From IMG/VR virus record IMGVR_UViG_2974751938_000001, positions 106-64,105 of that record: a stretch of DNA of 64,000 nt. One strand, given 5' to 3'. Below, piece after piece: positions 1 to 8,955 of the stretch. This DNA is from a virus. Its lineage: Duplodnaviria > Caudoviricetes. A program made the translations under genes and the position numbers. How positions within the stretch are numbered: the first letter of the stretch is position 1; every line of letters starts with the position of its first letter. The notes under the pieces were generated by a model, which was given only the letters and a program-made list of their open reading frames with translations, did no database searches and was not told the origin of the DNA.

Positions 1-16
1 CCACGAGGAGGCCCTA

Positions 17-574
17 ATGTCCGGTCCAGCAGCGAAGGCGCCGGGTACTGCCGCACGGCGTAACAAGTCCAGCACCAAGGCAGTCCTGCACCTGGCGGTC
101 GACCACGAGGTTCCGTCCCTGCCACCCGCTGAAGAGTGGCTTCCCACGATCGAGGAGGCCTTCAGCAAGGACGGCGACGAGCTACCCCCGCGGGACTGGC
201 CGGAACCGGTCGTGCGCTGGTGGAACGACATCTGGTCGTCCCCGATGAGCAACGAGTTCGTCGACTCCGACATTCACGGGCTCTACCTGGCCTGCTTCTA
301 CATGGCCCAGGTCCTCAACCCGTTCCTGAAGATGTCTGACCGGATCTCGGCGTCGAAGGCCTACGAGACCGCGGTGCGCAACTTCGGCTTGAACCCCATG
401 AGCCGCCGTACGCTCCAATGGGAGATCGAGCGGTCCGAGGAGGCCCGAGACCGCGGGAAGAAGCGCAGGGAGCGAACCAGGGGCCAGGAAGCGGCCGATG
501 ACGCGCCGACCCCGACCGACCCGCGCTACACCGACGAGTCCACGACCGAGAATCCGTTCCACGTCGTGTCCTAG
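17..574 (+). CDS. Terminase small subunit
   Basis: 185 aa with GGAGG RBS. W..IW.SP...EF and FGLNP.SR..LQWEI segments are typical of actinophage small terminases. First gene of the genome. Confidence 0.75.
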   Translation: MSGPAAKAPGTAARRNKSSTKAVLHLAVDHEVPSLPPAEEWLPTIEEAFSKDGDELPPRDWPEPVVRWWNDIWSSPMSNEFVDSDIHGLYLACFYMAQVLNPFLKMSDRISASKAYETAVRNFGLNPMSRRTLQWEIERSEEARDRGKKRRERTRGQEAADDAPTPTDPRYTDESTTENPFHVVS

Positions 575-612
575 ACTCGATCCGGACCCGAGCAGCCTGG
601 TCCACTGCACAG

Positions 613-666
613 ACCCCGTCAGCACCGCGAACTCCCCCTCGGAACGCACCGCTGGCGGGGTTTGTT
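613..666 (+). terminator. Probable terminator after small terminase
   Basis: Stem ACCCCGTCAGC (613-623) / GCTGGCGGGGT (651-661) followed by TTGTT; the loop is long (27 nt). Confidence 0.45.
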
Positions 667-1176
667 ATGTAGTGATAAAGCTGAAATCCCGAACAAAGTG
701 CTCACGAAACATGCCCTGACCTGCGGTGTAACATCAGAGTAGAAAAGGGCTGTTTTTCGACCTCGCACGGTTCCCAACTACAAAAGCGCTCCCTGACCAG
801 CACATCTCCAAGGTGTAGCGGTGTAATACAAACCATATCGGGGTGGTGGCAGTCAGCCCCTGATATGTGTGTGTGTGCGCGTGATACACACATGACCCCT
901 ATGACGTCAACCCCCTGGATGGTAACGATTGAGTAACAATATATTCTTCCTATACGCGTAGGGAGGAAAAGAGAAAATACAAGTATCTTACACCCCCACA
1001 GTTGGCAAAAGGCCAGGTCAGAGCGTAGTTTTGTAGTAGCGAAACGAGAAGCGTAATACAGAGCAGTTGTTACTACGCGAGGTAAAGTATTTTACTTCTG
1101 TAGTAGAGGCTACCGAACTCTTCTACTAACCTACGACAAACGGGGTGTAGCCAAACGTCGTCAAGAGTGGTACGGT
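667..1176. other. Non-coding, origin-like region
   Basis: No credible ORF and lower GC. Imperfect inverted repeats at ~769-801 and ~1013-1045, many GTAG/CTAC boxes, and an operator variant at 900-911. Confidence 0.4.
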
Positions 1177-1212
1177 GTGGTAGAGACCCAGAAAACAGCC
1201 CGGAAGGCTACT

Positions 1213-1674
1213 ATGAGCAACTACAACGACGAAGAGATCATCGACCCACAGGAGCAGATCGGGGACTTCCTTCGGGAGAAGACCGTCGCTCGGACCCGGA
1301 CCCAGAGCCGGGTGCCCTATGCCGATCTCTACGACGTCTACGTCCGATGGACCAGGGCTCGCGGCGAGTTCCCGGAGAGCAAGCACATCTTCGGCAAGAT
1401 CCTCCGAGAGACCTTCGACATGCCGATGAAGTCGTTCAGCCGACGGGTCGACGGGAAGGTCACGTCGATCTATTGCATCCTCGGTCTCGCGTGCGACGAG
1501 GTCCCCGATGCCTCGAATAAGCGGCTCTCGGTAAAGGACCGGGAGATTGCTCGGTTGAAAGTCGAGAATCTCGAAATGCGCGAGGCGATCTGCACCTTCG
1601 CCGGGGTCTCCGACTTCGACGCCGCTATCACCAAACTGACCGCCAGCAATACCCCGAGCACCATTCAGGAATGA
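1213..1674 (+). CDS. Stand-alone winged-helix protein resembling the D5/P4 primase C-terminal domain, plus a short coiled-coil
   Basis: FLREK..LYDVYVRW..ESKHIF..RRVDGKVTS aligns by eye with the primase C-terminus FLAEK..LFEIYKQW..MSKREF..RRGGKVSS. Alternative start at 1177. Confidence 0.6.
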   Translation: MSNYNDEEIIDPQEQIGDFLREKTVARTRTQSRVPYADLYDVYVRWTRARGEFPESKHIFGKILRETFDMPMKSFSRRVDGKVTSIYCILGLACDEVPDASNKRLSVKDREIARLKVENLEMREAICTFAGVSDFDAAITKLTASNTPSTIQE

Positions 1675-1681
1675 GGCAACA

Positions 1682-2581
1682 ATGACCGACGAAAAGCCCA
1701 ACCTCTCGATGAAGACCACCGGGCAGTCGTCCCAGGGCACCGAAGTACAGGTGCGGATCGGCGACGGCCCTCTGCGCACCGGAGTGGTCCGGGATGGTGT
1801 GCTGTTCATCTACCAGAATGCCGGTGACGCACACCGGCTTGGACGGATCGTTCCCCGGCAGGCGCCGATGAGCCCGTATGCCGACTCGTTCACCGACATC
1901 ACGATCTTCGAGGACGACTACCCCGGATCTCCGCTGATCCGCGAGTTCGCCGTGCGCAATGAGCACCCGAGCGAGACCGACGCGGCCACCGAGGAGTCGA
2001 TCAAGCAGACCACGAAGGGCTGGGAGGCCACCGTCGGCGAGGGCCAGCCCGCCGAGCCGGTCGACGTCCAGATGCTCCGGATGATGACCGAGATCCGCGA
2101 CCTGGCGAAGGAACTCGCAGCCAAGGCGAAGATCCCGCCGCAGGTCGGCCCGTTCTACCACTACGTGCCGCAGTTCTCGCCGGTGCTCCCCTCGTTCATC
2201 TCGGAGTCGGTCGACCGCACGCCGTGGCTTCAGGTCAACACCGACCAGCCCGACCAGCAGGCCTCGACCTCGGAGGAGTCGGCCAAGAAGGTGTCCGAGG
2301 GGGTCAAGAACGCGCGCCGGAAGGTCGTCGACAGCAACCGCATGTTCGTCGTGCCCGAGCCCGAGTACGGCAGCTTCGCGATCGTCGACAATCGGGTCCA
2401 CATCGACCTCCCGCGGGATCGGTTCAACGAGTACCTGCGCGAGGCTGTCGTGAAGGCCTTCGAGGAGCAGACCGGCTCGCAGTACGAGGAGGGCACGATC
2501 GTCCAGGAAGAGCGGCTGCACTTCGGCCGCCAGGTGGTCTACGCGTTCGAGCAGGCCTACTTCGACTCGGTGCGGAAGTAG
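1682..2581 (+). CDS. Hypothetical protein
   Basis: 299 aa ORF, GAGG RBS, phage-like codon usage. Confidence 0.7.
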   Translation: MTDEKPNLSMKTTGQSSQGTEVQVRIGDGPLRTGVVRDGVLFIYQNAGDAHRLGRIVPRQAPMSPYADSFTDITIFEDDYPGSPLIREFAVRNEHPSETDAATEESIKQTTKGWEATVGEGQPAEPVDVQMLRMMTEIRDLAKELAAKAKIPPQVGPFYHYVPQFSPVLPSFISESVDRTPWLQVNTDQPDQQASTSEESAKKVSEGVKNARRKVVDSNRMFVVPEPEYGSFAIVDNRVHIDLPRDRFNEYLREAVVKAFEEQTGSQYEEGTIVQEERLHFGRQVVYAFEQAYFDSVRK

Positions 2582-2591
2582 GTGAGTCCCC

Positions 2592-2846
2592 TTGGCCCAC
2601 AAGGTGAAGCTGACGTTCTACTGCGACGAGGCTGACTGCAAGGTCAACCAGACGTTCGTGACCAGCCTGGAACGCCCCTTCCACACGCTCAGCGGTCGAG
2701 GGGACAGCCAGTCGGTCATGACCGTGCTCACGAAGACGATGGGGTGGCGCGTGCTCACCGCGGGAATGGGTACTGAGCGGCGGATTGTCTCGCTGTGCCC
2801 GCGCCATGCCGAGAGTCCCTGGGATTCGGGGTTGACGTCAATATGA
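2592..2846 (+). CDS. Small Zn-binding protein (CDxxxC..GW..CxxH)
   Basis: Motifs CDEADC, GW, CPRH. Confidence 0.6.
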   Translation: MAHKVKLTFYCDEADCKVNQTFVTSLERPFHTLSGRGDSQSVMTVLTKTMGWRVLTAGMGTERRIVSLCPRHAESPWDSGLTSI

Positions 2847-2860
2847 ACACTCGGTATGGT
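2832..2860 (+). promoter_or_regulatory. SigA-type promoter with operator over the -35
   Basis: TTGACG-N17-TATGGT, ATG 6 nt later (leaderless); contains GTTGACGTCAAT. Confidence 0.75.
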
Positions 2861-2866
2861 GTTCTC

Positions 2867-3088
2867 ATGGCAAACACCACAGAGACCGTCCGCTCGACCT
2901 CGATCCTGCCGACGGCCCTGCTCATCACGTTCATCGTCCTGAAGCTCACCGGCGTCATCGCCTGGTCCTGGGTGTGGGTGCTCTCCCCGCTCTGGATTCC
3001 GCTGGTCGTCGCGCTGATCATCTCGATCATCGGAGCGATCGTCGTCATCATGATCGGAGGCCTGCGCAATGACCGACGCTGGCCGTGA
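2867..3088 (+). CDS. Membrane protein (2 TM)
   Basis: Hydrophobic LLITFIVLKLTGVIAWSWVWVLSPLWIP; leaderless start. Confidence 0.75.
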   Translation: MANTTETVRSTSILPTALLITFIVLKLTGVIAWSWVWVLSPLWIPLVVALIISIIGAIVVIMIGGLRNDRRWP

Positions 3089-3755
3089 GCGCACCGAGCG
3101 CGAGAAGCTGATCGAGGAGTACGTCGGCACCGAGTTCGGCAAGGACGCGAACGTCGACAAGATCCTCCGGTCACTCGATCCGTTGCGCGGTGAGCACCGT
3201 CAGCCGACCCCGGAGGTCGAGCGCAAGCTGCTCGATCGGATCGACGAGATGACCCGGCGCCGCGCCGAGATCCTCCGGACCGGGACGCTCCCGCCGATCT
3301 ACGGCAAGCCCGAGATCCATCCGGTGTTCGATGCCGACGGTGGCCTGATCAGCGAGGGCATGGTCGCCGACGAGCACCTGCCGAACAAGCCCTACCTGCG
3401 CGAATACCACTTCGGAGGGCCTCGTGCCGGGAAGACGCTTCGGCTGACGAACGCGATGGACGAGGTCGATCCGGAGGTCGTCAAGGAGGTCTTCGAGCGG
3501 TTCAACAAGCTCGGGAAGGACCTCGCGGAGGCCTTGGCGCCGATGATCGAGCAGTTCCGTACGGCCTTCCAGTCGATCAACGACTTCGTCGAGGCCAACC
3601 CGGAGTTGTTCGTCGACAAGCCGGTCCACCCCCACGGCGTCCGCGACGAGCGCGGCATCCCGAAGCCGAGCAACGTGGTCCCGTTCTGGGCCAACGACCC
3701 CGGTCGATCCCGACCGGCCAAGGGCCGATCCCGCGGGAAGGGCAAGAGCAGATGA
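3069..3755 (+). CDS. Hypothetical protein
   Basis: 228 aa ORF in the coupled gene run. Confidence 0.65.
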   Translation: MTDAGRERTEREKLIEEYVGTEFGKDANVDKILRSLDPLRGEHRQPTPEVERKLLDRIDEMTRRRAEILRTGTLPPIYGKPEIHPVFDADGGLISEGMVADEHLPNKPYLREYHFGGPRAGKTLRLTNAMDEVDPEVVKEVFERFNKLGKDLAEALAPMIEQFRTAFQSINDFVEANPELFVDKPVHPHGVRDERGIPKPSNVVPFWANDPGRSRPAKGRSRGKGKSR

Positions 3756-3886
3756 GCGCGAAGGTCCAGGAAGAGACCGTCTACGAGGCATTTTGCTGGG
3801 ACTGCGACTGGTTCAGCCCCAACTACGACGAAGAATCCCAGGCCGAACGAGCGGCCGAAGAACACAACGAGGAGCACCACTCATGA
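3752..3886 (+). CDS. Small C2H2-like Zn-finger protein (44 aa; not in ORF track)
   Basis: MSAKVQEETVYEAFCWDCDWFSPNYDEESQAERAAEEHNEEHHS; ATGA overlaps at both ends. Confidence 0.65.
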   Translation: MSAKVQEETVYEAFCWDCDWFSPNYDEESQAERAAEEHNEEHHS

Positions 3887-4455
3887 CAACAGAGATCGCC
3901 AACCGAGGCCCGTATCCGCCGGACAAGGTCGAGAACCACCCGGAGGCCCGTATCGACCCCGAGGACGGGTACAACTGGGGTCCCGAGGACAACGGCACGA
4001 TGCCGCGCAACGTCGAGATCCTCGGCAAGGCCGTGGTCGGCCGCCGGATCGTGCGCGCGGCCGTCGAGGAGATCCGCCCCGAGGACTTCGCCGCCGCCGA
4101 CGAGGACATCTACTGGTCGGACTACGGCCGGAGCAAGGGCCTCGTGCTCACCCTCGACGACGGCCGCCGAGTCGTGCTGGTCGACGGCGGGGACTGCTGC
4201 GCGTACACCAGCCTCGAAGAGTTCCTGCTCAACCCCGAGATGGTGGACCACGTGATCACCGGCGTCGCCTCGACCGAGGGGTTCACGAAGTGGCACATCT
4301 TCGCTGATCACGGCGACATCATGCGCCTGAAGGTCGGCTGGTCGCCCGGCAACCCGTTCTACTACGGCTACGGCTTCGACATCGCGGTCAGCAACACGAT
4401 CGAGGGAACCGTGGTCGAGAACGAACTGCCCCACGTCCAGCGGGAGTTGCCGTGA
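3883..4455 (+). CDS. Hypothetical protein
   Basis: GGAG RBS; ATGA coupling. Confidence 0.7.
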   Translation: MTTEIANRGPYPPDKVENHPEARIDPEDGYNWGPEDNGTMPRNVEILGKAVVGRRIVRAAVEEIRPEDFAAADEDIYWSDYGRSKGLVLTLDDGRRVVLVDGGDCCAYTSLEEFLLNPEMVDHVITGVASTEGFTKWHIFADHGDIMRLKVGWSPGNPFYYGYGFDIAVSNTIEGTVVENELPHVQRELP

Positions 4456-4685
4456 ACGACGCCGAGAAGCTCCGCGTCGTCGAGATCGAGGCGAAGCTGT
4501 TGGAGCGGGCCGACGAGGTCTTCCGGACCGCATGGCGAGAGGCACCCCTTGGCGCCGACGGGATCAAGGTCGGCCTGAAGGCCCTGGTCGACGCCGGTCT
4601 GCTCATCGACCTGTCGGCCTACCCGATCCGGGTGATCCAGGCCTTCGGGGACGAGGACGGCGTGCGGAGGGACCCCGATGAGTGA
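4452..4685 (+). CDS. Hypothetical protein
   Basis: GTGA coupling; 77 aa. Confidence 0.6.
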   Translation: MNDAEKLRVVEIEAKLLERADEVFRTAWREAPLGADGIKVGLKALVDAGLLIDLSAYPIRVIQAFGDEDGVRRDPDE

Positions 4686-5082
4686 GGTCACGCTGGACCG
4701 GCTGCTGATCGGCCTGCCGGACGTCTACCACCCAGCGGTCACCGCGACCTGGCGACACCGAGAGGGGTTCCGGGACCCGGTAGAGCTTCAGGCCGCGGTG
4801 GACGGTCTGCTGGCGCTCGCGTCCGAGGTCATCAACATGGCCGACGACGACCGGCAGGCCGACCTCCGGCACCCGAACCGCTGGCGACTCGATCACCAAG
4901 CCTGGGCCAGCGCCGCATGGGACGACGCCGAGGCCTGCCCGCGGGACGAGAACGGGCAGATCGAGTGGAGCCACCGAGGCCAGTTTTGGCTGCACTTCTC
5001 GGCAGGAAACCTCGCTCACGCTGGCGGTTTGCTCATCCTGATCGTCGGCGAGACCCAGGACGAACTGATGGGTCGACCATGA
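4678..5082 (+). CDS. Hypothetical protein
   Basis: GGAGG RBS; 134 aa. Confidence 0.65.
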   Translation: MSEVTLDRLLIGLPDVYHPAVTATWRHREGFRDPVELQAAVDGLLALASEVINMADDDRQADLRHPNRWRLDHQAWASAAWDDAEACPRDENGQIEWSHRGQFWLHFSAGNLAHAGGLLILIVGETQDELMGRP

Positions 5083-5336
5083 CCCTGATGCCGTCGTCAC
5101 CAGGCTCGAAGAAGGGGCTGTCGCGGCTCGGCCGTGGCGGCACGAAGGAATACCGCGACCTCGTTCGCAAGATCGAGGCCGCCGGTGGGGAGGTCCGTAA
5201 ACCCACCGGCAAGGGGCACCCGAAGGTATACCTCGGCGGCCGATTCATCATGACGCTGTGCTGTACCCCCTCCGACCACCGGTCGAGGAAGAACGAACTC
5301 GCTCGGCTACGCCGGGCTGGATTGGAGATCTCATGA
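5079..5336 (+). CDS. HicA-like toxin (dsRBD-fold mRNA interferase)
   Basis: 85 aa basic protein with GKGHPKVY (conserved GH) and TPSDHRSRKNELARLRR. Confidence 0.65.
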   Translation: MTLMPSSPGSKKGLSRLGRGGTKEYRDLVRKIEAAGGEVRKPTGKGHPKVYLGGRFIMTLCCTPSDHRSRKNELARLRRAGLEIS

Positions 5337-5812
5337 AACACAATGTGGCGCAACTGCATACGGACGCGAACGACCTCGTCCGTCGGTACCGAGAGCGCGA
5401 GGCCCAGGCCAAGAAGGACTGGTTCATCGCCCAAGAGAAGGTCTGGCGCGACCTGCGCAACATGATCACCCGGAAGCTGAAGGACGGCTCGGTGATCACC
5501 GTCAAGGACGTCAACGAGACCGCCGGAGACTGCGACCTCGACCGCTGGTACAACCGCGAGGGAGGCGACGCTCGGGTCTTCCGGAGCACGCTCGGCACGA
5601 TCGCGAACCTGCGCCAGACCCGGCCGCGCGGACACATCAGCGTCACGTTCTCGCAGTTGGTGGCCTTCCGCGACCTGGTCGCGACGCTGCCCGGCGAAGA
5701 GGTCTCCGATGCAGAACTGACCGATCTCGGCTTCAGCCGGTTCCCTGCGGTGGTCTCGCGGCTCACCCGGACCAGCGACGAGAACCTCGGGGTCACCCAG
5801 GAGATCTACTGA
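5333..5812 (+). CDS. Hypothetical protein
   Basis: GGAG RBS; ATGA coupling. Confidence 0.65.
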   Translation: MKHNVAQLHTDANDLVRRYREREAQAKKDWFIAQEKVWRDLRNMITRKLKDGSVITVKDVNETAGDCDLDRWYNREGGDARVFRSTLGTIANLRQTRPRGHISVTFSQLVAFRDLVATLPGEEVSDAELTDLGFSRFPAVVSRLTRTSDENLGVTQEIY

Positions 5813-6237
5813 TGCCGAAGAAGCACAGCCCCGAGCGGTTGCAGGTCAAGGTCGGCGACGTCGTCCAGTTGCACGAGCGGGTCCGGGACTTCGAGACCGA
5901 GTCGAAGACCCCCGGCCACGTCCGGCAGTTCAAGGACAAGATCACCCAGGTCACGATCTCGAAGGTCGGCACGAAGTACGCCTACATCGAGGAGGGGTAC
6001 CGCGAGCAGAAGTTCGACCTGGAAACCGGCCGTGAGGTCGGCTGGCGCGACGGGTCGGCGACGCTGCGCACCGAGGAGTCGCTGGCGGCCCACCTGCACC
6101 GTCGGTCGGTGCTCGACGACCTCCGACCGTTCTGCCGAGGGTACGCCAACGTGATCGAGATCAGCGCTGACCGGCTGACCACCGAGGCACTCGAAGAGCT
6201 TCGAGACCTCCTGAGCAAGAAGGGCATCCACCAGTGA
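5812..6237 (+). CDS. Hypothetical protein
   Basis: TGATG coupling; SH3-like start (VKVGDVV). Confidence 0.65.
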   Translation: MPKKHSPERLQVKVGDVVQLHERVRDFETESKTPGHVRQFKDKITQVTISKVGTKYAYIEEGYREQKFDLETGREVGWRDGSATLRTEESLAAHLHRRSVLDDLRPFCRGYANVIEISADRLTTEALEELRDLLSKKGIHQ

Positions 6238-6587
6238 GCACACCCGGTAGCCCGTCGGCCGTCGCGCCGACGGACGCACTGCGCGCGCTGCTTCAGCAGT
6301 GCCAGATGAACAACGGACCGCTCCGCGACAACGAGTCGCTGATCGACGGCTTCCTCGCCGACTGGCTGGTCATGAAGTCCTCGGACTACCAGTTCGACCT
6401 GGCCCGGCAGGCTGAGTGGCAGCAGGAGGCCAAGCTCGCGTTCGCCGTGCTGATCACGGCGATGAGCAACGTCAACAACCAGTACCCGATGCTCAACCTC
6501 GGCCCGCGGGTGTTGGAGGAGGCCGAGCGACTCATCCGGCAGAAGGGGCTCGATCCCGACGAGGTATTGCAGAGGTTCCTCCCATGA
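6234..6587 (+). CDS. Hypothetical protein
   Basis: GTGA coupling. Confidence 0.6.
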   Translation: MSTPGSPSAVAPTDALRALLQQCQMNNGPLRDNESLIDGFLADWLVMKSSDYQFDLARQAEWQQEAKLAFAVLITAMSNVNNQYPMLNLGPRVLEEAERLIRQKGLDPDEVLQRFLP

Positions 6588-6892
6588 TGCGTTTCGTCGA
6601 GGAGTACGCCGTCGAGTGGGTTCGGCAGGGTCAGTTCGGCCGGGAGGCGCACTTCGACGCGTTCTACGTGCCGCCGAAGACCCTGATGTCGGAGCCGACT
6701 CGGGACAAGCAGGTCGCGCTGAAGGCGATCGACATGCTGTCCAAACGCAACGAGATCATCCTGGCCCGGCTGATGTCGCGCACCGTGCGCGAGGAGAAGC
6801 GCTGGTGGCACCTGACGTGGGTGGTCACCGGTATCACGCGCTGGTTCGACTGGACCGAGCAGTCATGGATGAAGGAGATGCAGGACGTATGA
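6584..6892 (+). CDS. Hypothetical protein
   Basis: ATGA coupling, GAGG RBS. Confidence 0.6.
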   Translation: MMRFVEEYAVEWVRQGQFGREAHFDAFYVPPKTLMSEPTRDKQVALKAIDMLSKRNEIILARLMSRTVREEKRWWHLTWVVTGITRWFDWTEQSWMKEMQDV

Positions 6893-7086
6893 GCGCTGCG
6901 AAGATCGAAAAGACGCGCACCCTGACCGTCGGCGACGGGACTCAGCGGGAGTTGTCGACCGCGCTGATGGAGTTCCTGGAAAACGGGGCCTACACCGGGC
7001 CGATCTCGGTGTCGGTCAGCAGGGTCGAGCACGACCGGTATCCGGGGTCCTACGACTCGTCGGTCACCTTCAGCATCACCGAATGA
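6889..7086 (+). CDS. Hypothetical protein
   Basis: ATGA coupling; 65 aa. Confidence 0.6.
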   Translation: MSAAKIEKTRTLTVGDGTQRELSTALMEFLENGAYTGPISVSVSRVEHDRYPGSYDSSVTFSITE

Positions 7087-7087
7087 G

Positions 7088-7116
7088 TTGACAGAGTTGA
7101 CGTCAACGCTTACACT
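7088..7116 (+). promoter_or_regulatory. Consensus SigA promoter with operator in the spacer
   Basis: TTGACA-N17-TACACT; GTTGACGTCAAC at 7096-7107; ATG 6 nt after the -10. Confidence 0.85.
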
Positions 7117-7122
7117 GGGATC

Positions 7123-7545
7123 ATGCTAATGGGAGAAGACGACGACGGACTCGTCCGGATCGGGATCGAGAACGAAGACGGCGAGATCAAGGTCAAGGCG
7201 ATGGAACCGGTCATCGCCCGGCAACTCGGCAAGGTCATGATCGCGCTGGCCGACGAGCGTGAGGGTGTCGAGCCCCGCCACGTGGCCCTCCGGCGACGCT
7301 GGAAGCCCGGCGGTGAGCGCGACATGGCGAACTACATCGTCGGCTGGTCTGTCGGCATGGGGTTCTTCTGGGCCAACTCCGACTGGACCGGCCACTGGTG
7401 GATCTTCGGCGGCCAGATCGCCCTCGGCGCGATCATCGGTGGTGCTCGGGTCTGGCGCGACGCCGCAGACGAGGCAGAGGAGCGCCGAGAGCGCTACCAC
7501 GGCCCGTCGGTCGACGAGACCACCGGGAGGCTGCCGTGGCAGTGA
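7123..7545 (+). CDS. Membrane protein
   Basis: Two hydrophobic segments in the C-terminal half; leaderless start. Confidence 0.65.
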   Translation: MLMGEDDDGLVRIGIENEDGEIKVKAMEPVIARQLGKVMIALADEREGVEPRHVALRRRWKPGGERDMANYIVGWSVGMGFFWANSDWTGHWWIFGGQIALGAIIGGARVWRDAADEAEERRERYHGPSVDETTGRLPWQ

Positions 7546-7829
7546 AAGTCGGCTACCGGCCTTCCGGCGGCGGCGAGTCCATTGGCCTGCCCAAGCGCGC
7601 CGTGCTCGTCGCCTGCGACCAGCCGCTCTGCGAGCGAGCGCTGACGTTCCCGGTCAACCTGCAATCGACCGACAGCCAGTGCATCCGCGACACGATCCGC
7701 TTCATGGAAGCGCACAAGGGACAGGACCAGGTCAGCGGGTGGATCGTCGACACGACGGTCTCCCCGACGAAGTTCTTCTGCAAGCACCATGCCGAGAACC
7801 CGGTTCTCGGCACCATCATCCTGAAATGA
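7542..7829 (+). CDS. Small Zn-binding protein (CDxxxC..GW..CxxH)
   Basis: Motifs CDQPLC, GW, CKHH; GTGA coupling. Confidence 0.6.
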   Translation: MKVGYRPSGGGESIGLPKRAVLVACDQPLCERALTFPVNLQSTDSQCIRDTIRFMEAHKGQDQVSGWIVDTTVSPTKFFCKHHAENPVLGTIILK

Positions 7830-7834
7830 GGACC

Positions 7835-8203
7835 ATGACCGACCCCAACCTCGAAGAGCACGTGCTCTCGATCAACGACTACTACGAGGCCTCTGAGCAG
7901 GTCAAACGGGTCAAGGAGAAGCTGAAGAAGGGCCGCAAGCTCTCGGCCAAGGACCGGGCGATCCTGACCCTGGCGGCCGACAGCGTCGGCGCGCACCGCT
8001 CGGTGGATCTCTACCGCTCGCTGCTGTTCCCCAGCAACGTCCAGGTCGACGACGACACTATCGACCGGCTGAAGAAGTTCCGGTCGATGATCGCCCAGGG
8101 GCTCCGGGTCACCAAGGCCGGGAACCTCGTCGGCGAGGAGATCGCGATCGAGGCGATCCTGTCGGACTTCGAGACCACGTTCACCGCGGAGTTGGCCCGA
8201 TGA
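7835..8203 (+). CDS. Hypothetical protein
   Basis: GAGG RBS. Confidence 0.65.
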   Translation: MTDPNLEEHVLSINDYYEASEQVKRVKEKLKKGRKLSAKDRAILTLAADSVGAHRSVDLYRSLLFPSNVQVDDDTIDRLKKFRSMIAQGLRVTKAGNLVGEEIAIEAILSDFETTFTAELAR

Positions 8204-8334
8204 CCTGGACGCTGGTCGGCCAGATCGCCGTGCTCACGCTGATCCTGCTGCTCGCGATCACCGTCATCCAGAAGAACCACTGGGACGGGAAGTGCGACGC
8301 GGTCGGTCGATACCGGAGGAGTAAAGGTGAGTGA
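8200..8334 (+). CDS. Small membrane protein (44 aa; not in ORF track)
   Basis: MTWTLVGQIAVLTLILLLAITVIQKNHW...; ATGA coupling. Confidence 0.55.
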   Translation: MTWTLVGQIAVLTLILLLAITVIQKNHWDGKCDAVGRYRRSKGE

Positions 8335-8599
8335 TAGTTCCGTGGAGAACGCGGTCACCGAACTGAAGGTGACCAAGAGGATCGACGCTGATCGCGTCGG
8401 TCGAGTGCTGAAGCAGAACCGCGACACCATGCGCGAGATGGAGCCCGAGAAGCTCCAATCGCTGATCCGGCAGGCTGAAGCCGACATGAAACGATGTGCC
8501 GACGCGTCGAACGTGACGCGCAACATCGCGACCCAGTTGGCCGACGTCATGCTCATGGGGATCGAGGTGGCCGAGGCCAGACGCATCCGCATCCCGTGA
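8327..8599 (+). CDS. Hypothetical coiled-coil protein
   Basis: GGAG/AAGG RBS; helical heptads. Confidence 0.6.
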   Translation: MSDSSVENAVTELKVTKRIDADRVGRVLKQNRDTMREMEPEKLQSLIRQAEADMKRCADASNVTRNIATQLADVMLMGIEVAEARRIRIP

Positions 8600-8955
8600 C
8601 GGTGACCGAGCGCGTCGTGATGATCGTGGGAGGGTGGCTCATTCTCGCGGCCTTCGTCAACGGCGCCGACGGTCACTGGCTGGCGGTAGCGGTGTGTCTG
8701 GCCTGGGGAATAGCCTGCCTGATCTGGGTCTTCGGCCGGTCGAGAGATCGGTACGACCGGCGCCAGGCCAGGGAGAACGCCGCATTGCTCGCGCGGTTCG
8801 AGGAGGACGCGCGACGTGCGGTGGAGTCCAACCACTCCGACGAGTGGATCAAGACACGAGAGGGATTCTATGTCCGAGCACGAGACCTCTACCGAGACCG
8901 AGACTCAGATCGCGGAGGTCTCGGCGGAAGTGATCAGGAACGCGATCAACGCTGA
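8596..8955 (+). CDS. Membrane protein
   Basis: Two N-terminal TM segments; GTGA coupling. Confidence 0.55.
   Translation: MTVTERVVMIVGGWLILAAFVNGADGHWLAVAVCLAWGIACLIWVFGRSRDRYDRRQARENAALLARFEEDARRAVESNHSDEWIKTREGFYVRARDLYRDRDSDRGGLGGSDQERDQR

Noticed and set aside
866-892. (TG)n run TGTGTGTGTGTGCGCGTGATACACACA as a microsatellite
   Set aside because: Short; treated as part of the origin-like region rather than a separate element.
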